Of a stretch of DNA of 5,106 nt, positions 1 to 5,106 are shown in pieces. The position numbers were made by a program, and so were the translations under genes. Under the pieces are notes generated by a model, which made no database searches, was not told the origin of the DNA, and saw only the letters and a list, made by a program, of their open reading frames with translations. Source of the stretch: Octopus sinensis. Lineage: Eukaryota. The stretch spans positions 1-5,106 of the forward strand of contig NW_021830130.1 of NCBI RefSeq assembly GCF_006345805.1. The letters run 5' to 3'. The stretch's first letter is position 1, and each line of letters opens with the position of its first letter.

Positions 1-104
1 TAGAATAAGTACTTGGCAAAAAAAAGTGATGGGGTCGATTTGTTCTATTAAAACCCTTCAAGGCAGTGCCCCAGCATGGCTGCCGTCAAATGACTGAAAC
101 AAGT
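1..104 (+). mobile_element. 3' half of a tRNA-derived SINE (central domain end plus 'CCAGCATGGC...TGACTGAAACAAGT' tail), cut by the window edge
   Basis: AATAAGTAC (4-12) and TGGGGTCGAT (30-39) recur in the same order in the SINE at 1955-1963 and 1975-1984 (TGGGGTGGAT). CCAGCATGGC (71-80) and TGAAACAAGT (95-104) recur on the minus strand at 4043-4052 and 4019-4028 (TGAAGCGAGT). It matches my recollection of octopus SINE 3' ends; no database search was done. Confidence 0.85.
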
Positions 105-198
105 CTGCTGCGCTGCATTCAATGTACATTCAATGTTATCTATCTCTCACTGGATGGAATACTGTTTTTGTTGATTTTACCTTAACGGACGAGTAAAC

Positions 199-281
199 TA
201 TATGCATACATACATACATATATATGTGTATATATATATATGTATATATATATATTATGTATATATATATATGTATAGATA

Positions 282-324
<43 letters not shown>

Positions 325-499
325 CGTACATATATATATATGTAAATATATATATATATAACACATAACGTACATAATATATATGTATATATATATATAC
401 ACACACACCCACACACACACATATATATATATATATATGTATGTATATTATATTAGATATATAATATATTATTATAGATATATATATATATATATATAT
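199..499. repeat. Compound microsatellite: (CATA)n, long interrupted (TA)n, internal (CA)n
   Basis: Direct reading; source of the YI/CV-repeat ORFs 136..420 and 182..418. Confidence 0.97.
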
Positions 500-1834
500 G
501 CACCACGCGATTTATATCTGATTCAATGTTGTTCGTGAATGCTATTAAGTTGAAAACGTCAAGGAGTAATGAAGGTTTGGTATCTCTGTGTACGAGTGAG
601 TGTTGTTGGAGAAGATACTGAGAAGATACAGGATGCAGAATGCGTGGAATGAATCCAAACTTCGGACCACGATAGAGTTGATAGAATGTGGGTCAGAGAG
701 GACTCTACAAGTACCGACTTCTATAATGCGATGTGGTAGGATATCCTTGACCCTAGAGTCAACAGTCGAACGAAACCCGTGCATGCCATGCACAGTCCGA
801 ACCTAATGGCAAGAGCAACAGCATTGCGGTATCTCGAGAATGAGGGACCTCCAGTGAGTAACGCAGTAGAGTGGGACCCCAGTAGGGTTGTGTTTGTGAC
901 CACCATACCAAAAATCATTTAGGGATGTAGGTTAATAAAATGTTTAGCACTCGTAGTAAATTCGACACTAAAACTGTGTTAAGCTTGCGGTCTTTATTTG
1001 TGGTTGCTCGTTGAATCTACAGCCAAATATAAATAGATTCGTTGTGTTTTGATCGCAATAGAGAAATGGCAGTTATTTACATTGCTTATAATTTCATTGT
1101 CTGGTGATTTCATTTACATGACGTGCGAATGCCTTGATAAATCCATTGTTATGGCAAATACATTTTCAATAAATTTATCGAGTTGCTTTTTTTTTTATCC
1201 ACAGAATAAATGCATCGCTAAACATTATTCAAACCTTTTCTAGAATAAATTTCACAGATTTCAGCAACCACGAAAAAAGAATTTACAATCTGAACATTTC
1301 TTTTTTAGATATTTTGAAAAAGGATCAATGAACAAACAAATAATCGAACTTTATATCGCTGGCTGGGTTTGAAATGGGGGTGGAATTAAAAACGTAACAA
1401 AAAGAAAAATAATGCATCGAAAATTCATTGCGTTTTTAAGAATATGAAAAATAAAAAAATGGATATGCGGAGGTAGGGCGGTAGGATCATAGTTTTTTTT
1501 TGTTTTTTGTTGTTGAATGTTTCTTCCTTCAGTTAAAATAATATCACCTTCTTCAATTTTTGTGGGATTATGTTTTAAAATAACTTTGATTTGGTTTATG
1601 GCGTATATATGAGAACTTTTGCGTGTTAGTTTGCATGTAAAATCTTTAGATAATATTCTCTAAAGAATTTACTCTGCAGATAAAAAAATTAGATGGCGTT
1701 GAATTTACTGATGGACAATTGTTTCCCGGTAGGAAATTTTCCATGAAATTATCAAACTATGAGTTTAGCAAAACCGAATTGATAGTAGTGTCGTGACAGT
1801 CGGGTAGAATGTTGTGTGATACTACGATTAATAT

Positions 1835-2043
1835 GGGAGCTGACAGAATCACCAGCACGCCGGACAAAATGCTTAGCGGCATTTCGTGTCTTCACGTTCT
1901 GAGTTCAAATTCAATTAAGGTGGCCTTTGGTTTTCATTCTTGTGGGGTCGATAAAATAAGTACCAACCAAGCAGTGGGGTGGATGTAATCAACTTATCCG
2001 TCTCCCTCGCAATTGCTGGCCTTGTGCCAAAATTTGAAACCAG
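1835..2043 (+). mobile_element. Near full-length tRNA-derived SINE (copy A): Pol III head, central domain (Meta/MESC-like), tail '...GCCTTGTGCCAAAATTTGAAACC'
   Basis: A-box-like TGACAGAATC (1841-1850), B-box GAGTTCAAATTC (1901-1912), then TTTCATTCTTGTGGGGTCGATAAAATAAGTACC (1932-1964), which resembles the MetaSINE-type central domain as I recall it. About 210 bp; no clear target-site duplication. Confidence 0.88.
1901..1912 (+). promoter_or_regulatory. RNA polymerase III B-box in SINE copy A
   Basis: GAGTTCAAATTC fits the GTTCRANNC core, about 60 nt after an A-box-like element. Confidence 0.7.
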
Positions 2044-2125
2044 TATTTACTACGATTCTCTGTACACTGAGTTCAAATTCCACCGAACCTAATTTGCTTT
2101 TCTTCCTTTCGGTGTTGATAGATAA
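2044..2125 (+). mobile_element. Partial SINE (copy B): B-box plus central domain; A-box and tail missing
   Basis: CTGAGTTCAAATTC (2067-2080) is identical over 14 bp to 1899-1912. It is followed by TTTGCTTTTCTTCCTTTCGGTGTTGATAGATAA, which aligns with TTTGGTTTTCATTCTTGTGGGGTCGATAAAATAA of copy A. Confidence 0.8.
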
Positions 2126-2139
2126 TATACGAATATACA

Positions 2140-2234
2140 GCCGTGGATTAGAGCAACTGTTAGAACGTCAAGCCTCGTGCCTTGCGGAATGTGTTCTGGA
2201 TACTTATGCTTTGAGTTCAATTCCCGCCGTGGCC
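2140..2234 (+). mobile_element. SINE tRNA-like head only (copy C), truncated just after the B-box
   Basis: TAGAGCAACTGTTAG...TGCCTTGCGGAAT...TTGAGTTCAATTCCCGCCG parallels TGACAGAATCACCAG...TGCTTAGCGGCAT...CTGAGTTCAAATTC of copy A; B-box at 2213-2224. No central domain follows. Confidence 0.7.
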
Positions 2235-2631
2235 TATATGGGCGGTAGACTTAATCTGTTGCTCGGTTTAACACCACCATGCTGCACCTTGGATGCCATT
2301 TGCGGAATCCACTCTGCTGTAAGCATCCAGCTTAGGTTTCCCACATGAAAATACTTTGCTCGCTCCCTCTCAACAATCTCAGAGGCCTTTAAAAGGATCA
2401 AAGGCATGGATTTTTTCTCCTGACTAAGAAAAGCATTAGTACTGGTCTGTGGAGTGGATAAACGTCCTGGCAGTCGCTTTGATTTCCACGTTCAGTGTGT
2501 AGTTCAATAAGATGGTGACAGAATAAAAGGCTCTGTGAGGTCATACATTGTAGAGTGGCTAACCTTGACCACTGGAGTAGCATCGGGCTGCTGGGTCAGG
2601 GTATGATGAAGGCGCACAATAGCAAAAGACA

Positions 2632-2860
2632 CCCCCAACAACCACAACCGCCACCACCACCACCATCACCACATCATTAAAACCGCAACAACAACGAACA
2701 TCACCACTACCATCACTACCGCCAAACCACCACCACCATCACCATCACTATCACCACCCTCACTCCAACCACTCCAACCACTGCGCCGCTATGACCATCA
2801 CCATCAACTCCATCAAAGGCGGCAACCACTAGCACAACCACCAGCACAACAACCATTATG
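2632..2860. repeat. Degenerate (CCA/CAC/CAA)n trinucleotide low-complexity tract
   Basis: Runs such as CCACCACCACCACCATCACC; almost no G on the + strand; reading frames switch between His, Thr and Pro runs. Confidence 0.9.
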
Positions 2861-2908
2861 ACCGCTGCTGCGGCGTTTTAGCAGTATAGCAATAGTAACA
2901 GCATTGGC

Positions 2909-3214
2909 GAAGAAGAAGAAGAAAAAGAAAGAAATGGAGGAAAAAACGAAAGAGAAGAAATAGAAGGAGAAAAGAAAGAAAGAGAGAAAGAAAGGAAAAG
3001 AAAGAAAAGATAAATTATAATGCGCAAGACCCCAAGAACCAGAACGAGGAAAAAAATCTTAAACAAAAAAATCTTGCGAACATAGGGAAAAATTGAAGGA
3101 GAAAAGAAAGAAAACGAATAAAATGAAAGAAAAAAACAACAAAAAAGCGAGAAAAAACAGAAGAGAATGTAAGAATAAAGAAGGAAACAAAGAGCGAAGA
3201 AGTAAGAAACAAAA
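2909..3214. repeat. Purine-rich (GAA/GAAA) low-complexity tract
   Basis: Starts as (GAA)n and continues as A/G-rich sequence; source of the F/L/S-rich minus-strand ORFs 2878..3066 and 3015..3350. Confidence 0.9.
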
Positions 3215-3369
3215 TGGCTGCCTTCAATAATGCGAGCGCTGCCATTAATGGTATTTCATTTTGATTGTTATGTTGGGTGATAAACGTCGGTAGATTCGAG
3301 TGGATACAGGAACCGCTAGGAATAGATATGTAGGGAATCATTCCAGACAAATGCTCAAGATATTGAGAA

Positions 3370-3447
3370 GTGGTGGTGTGTGTTGTGTGTGTGTGTGTAT
3401 GTGTGTGTGTGTGTGTTGTGTGTGTGGTGGTGTGTGTGTGTGCGTGT
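3370..3447. repeat. Interrupted (GT)n microsatellite
   Basis: Direct reading. Confidence 0.96.
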
Positions 3448-3460
3448 TTGCATGTATCCT

Positions 3461-3873
3461 ATATATATATATATAATACATATAATTCATAAATATGCAT
3501 ACATATACATTCATTTATTATCTATAATAATAATATATATATATATCTATATATATATATATATATATATACACATTATATGGTAATATATATATATACA
3601 TATATGTATATATATATATACACATATCTTGTATAATATATATATACACACACCACACCACATCACCCATATTTGTATATATATATATATATACATGTAT
3701 ATTCATATATATGTATATATATATATATCCATATTCATATCTTTATAAATGTTTATATATATACTATATACTTTTATAATAAACTTACACATATATATAT
3801 ATGTATGTACGTATGCATGCTTTTATGTAGGCATGTATGTACGCACGTACGCATGTATGTAAGTATGTATGTA
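3461..3873. repeat. Long degenerate (TA)n region grading into (TATG)n
   Basis: Direct reading; interruptions include a short CA/CCA patch near 3646-3668. Confidence 0.93.
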
Positions 3874-3914
3874 TCTCTCTCTCTCTCTCTCTCTCTCTTT
3901 CTATCTATCTATCA

Positions 3915-3949
<35 letters not shown>

Positions 3950-3950
3950 A

Positions 3951-3993
<43 letters not shown>
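3874..3993. repeat. (TC)n followed by (CTAT)n [= (GATA)n] with TCAA variant units
   Basis: (TC)n at 3874-3898, then CTAT units with TCAA at 3912, 3948 and 3992; source of the YLSI-repeat ORFs. Confidence 0.97.
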
Positions 3994-4004
3994 AAACTAA
4001 TTGT

Positions 4005-4057
4005 TCTTTACTTCTTTTACTCGCTTCACGGTGTCAGCTGTGGCCATGCTGGAGTAT
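4005..4057 (-). mobile_element. 5'-truncated SINE tail, same tail type as 1-104
   Basis: Reverse complement reads TACTCCAGCATGGCCACAGCTGACACCGTGAAGCGAGTAAAAGAAGTAAAGA, matching TGCCCCAGCATGGCTGCCGTCAAATGACTGAAACAAGT at 67-104 and ending in an A-rich tail. Confidence 0.75.
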
Positions 4058-4069
4058 TATAAAGCATTA

Positions 4070-4217
4070 TCTTATTTTTATTTCGGTTTTCTTCTTCGTG
4101 CTATTTATTTATTTATTTCCCGGGAATGGGGGAGAAGGGGAGGGTGGTGCCATTTTTTCTGTTTCTTTTCTTTTCTCTTTAAGTTTTCTTTTCTTTTTTA
4201 CCTTTTCTATTTTTCCT
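4070..4217. repeat. T-rich pyrimidine low-complexity tract with a central G-rich patch
   Basis: TTTC/TTTA-type runs on both sides of 4122-4147. Confidence 0.75.
4122..4144 (+). other. Canonical G-quadruplex motif
   Basis: GGG-AAT-GGGGG-AGAA-GGGG-A-GGG fits G3+N1-7 x4. Confidence 0.6.
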
Positions 4218-4261
4218 TGTAAACTAGTTGTTGGCCACTTGTGATAATAAGCAACTCCCAA

Positions 4262-4321
4262 GTGTGTGTGTGTATAATGTATGTATGTATGTTATGTATG
4301 TATGTATGTATGTATGTATAC

Positions 4322-4367
<46 letters not shown>

Positions 4368-4428
4368 ATATATATGTGCTTACCACAGACACACACACAT
4401 ATTATATAAATATATTTAATTGTATATA

Positions 4429-4471
<43 letters not shown>

Positions 4472-4490
4472 ATATATATATATATATATA
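4262..4490. repeat. Compound microsatellite (GT)n-(TATG)n-(TA)n-(CA)n-(TA)n-(CA)n-(TA)n
   Basis: Direct reading. Confidence 0.96.
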
Positions 4491-4522
4491 CCACATCATA
4501 TATTAAAGTATATGTTATGTAA

Positions 4523-4562
<40 letters not shown>

Positions 4563-4634
4563 ATATATATATCTACCTGTCTGTCTGTCTATCTGTCTAT
4601 CTGTTTCTATCTATCTATCTATCTATCTTATCTA

Positions 4635-4689
<55 letters not shown>

Positions 4690-4690
4690 C
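4523..4690. repeat. (CTAT)n microsatellite with (TA)n and (CTGT)n variant blocks
   Basis: Direct reading; source of ORF 4512..4694. Confidence 0.97.
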
Positions 4691-5011
4691 ATAGGTGAGC
4701 GTGCATTAGCATGCATATTTGCGCACACAACGGCCGATGCAGCGTGAAGAGTTGCTCTGAGTGCCAACGCAGTTGTGAGTGCAACTGAGATGAAGAACAG
4801 GCGAGATTGGAAGTTATTGTGGCAATTGTTGAAAGGAGGCGATCTGAAGGGGAAACGTTTGGTGCTGCTCTTGTAGTCTGCTTTGTCTTTTAGCTCTTTT
4901 CATCTTCCATCTGTACAGACGCTTTTACGAAAGAACAGCTTGAAAGGAAGGATAAAAGATAATAATAATAACACTACTACGACCATTTATTATTACCTCT
5001 TCATCTAGATC

Positions 5012-5083
<72 letters not shown>

Positions 5084-5100
5084 TAATAATGATGATGATC
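5012..5100. repeat. (AAT)n microsatellite with GAT variants
   Basis: Direct reading. Confidence 0.97.
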
Positions 5101-5106
5101 TATATA

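Noticed and set aside
136-420. ORFs 136..420 and 182..418 (YI/CV repeats)
   Set aside because: Translations of (TA)n/(GT)n, which lack stop codons in these frames.
116-530. ATTCAATGTT at 128-137 and 521-530 (and CATTCAATGT twice at 116-136) as a possible target-site duplication
   Set aside because: A 10-bp AT-rich match is plausible by chance, and the enclosed DNA is mostly microsatellite with no element termini.
545-793. Minus ORF containing 'DILPHRIIEVGT', loosely like a PD-(D/E)xK nuclease segment of non-LTR or viral polymerases
   Set aside because: The PD dipeptide and downstream lysine are not evident and the resemblance covers only a few residues. An HHpred search would settle it.
1049-1243. 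64-aa ORF with a TTG start in AT-rich DNA
   Set aside because: Non-ATG start, no recognisable motif, and a length expected by chance.
1835-1915. Possible tRNA gene
   Set aside because: No complete cloverleaf or acceptor stem that I can build, and it continues into SINE core and tail, so it is a tRNA-derived SINE head.
2013-2348. 111-aa ORF, the longest outside simple repeats
   Set aside because: It starts at TTG and runs across three SINE pieces, so it is an incidental frame through repeat DNA.
2603-2860. His/Thr/Pro-rich mucin- or transcription-factor-like peptide
   Set aside because: The ATG frame stops after 25 codons, residue runs switch frame, and there are no convincing splice signals; it is a trinucleotide repeat.
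2878-3350. Hydrophobic 'membrane-like' minus ORFs and the E/K-rich plus frame
   Set aside because: Artefacts of the purine tract; the plus frames contain several stops.
3380-4694. ORFs with YI, CV and YLSI periodicity
   Set aside because: Translations of (TA)n, (GT)n, (TATG)n and (CTAT)n.
1-5106. CRISPR array, operon or other prokaryotic system
   Set aside because: No constant repeat with unique spacers and no gene-dense structure; the DNA is clearly eukaryotic and repeat-rich.

Overview
Eukaryotic, AT-rich, non-coding DNA (intron or intergenic) dominated by compound microsatellites ((TA)n, (CA/GT)n, (TATG)n, (TC)n, (CTAT)n, (AAT)n, degenerate (CCA)n) and strand-skewed purine/pyrimidine tracts. 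It holds five pieces of tRNA-derived SINEs: a 3' half at 1-104, one near-complete copy plus two adjacent partial copies at about 1835-2234, and a minus-strand tail at about 4005-4057. From memory these resemble the abundant octopus/cephalopod SINEs, so an octopod genome is my inference, not a database result. I cannot support any protein-coding gene: most ORFs in the track are translations of simple repeats, and the rest are short with no recognisable homology. Three higher-complexity islands (about 500-940, 2235-2630, 4693-4960) remain unexplained. I see no convincing novel system. The best leads are the SINE cluster, its modular tails, and a Pol III head fused to unrelated sequence.
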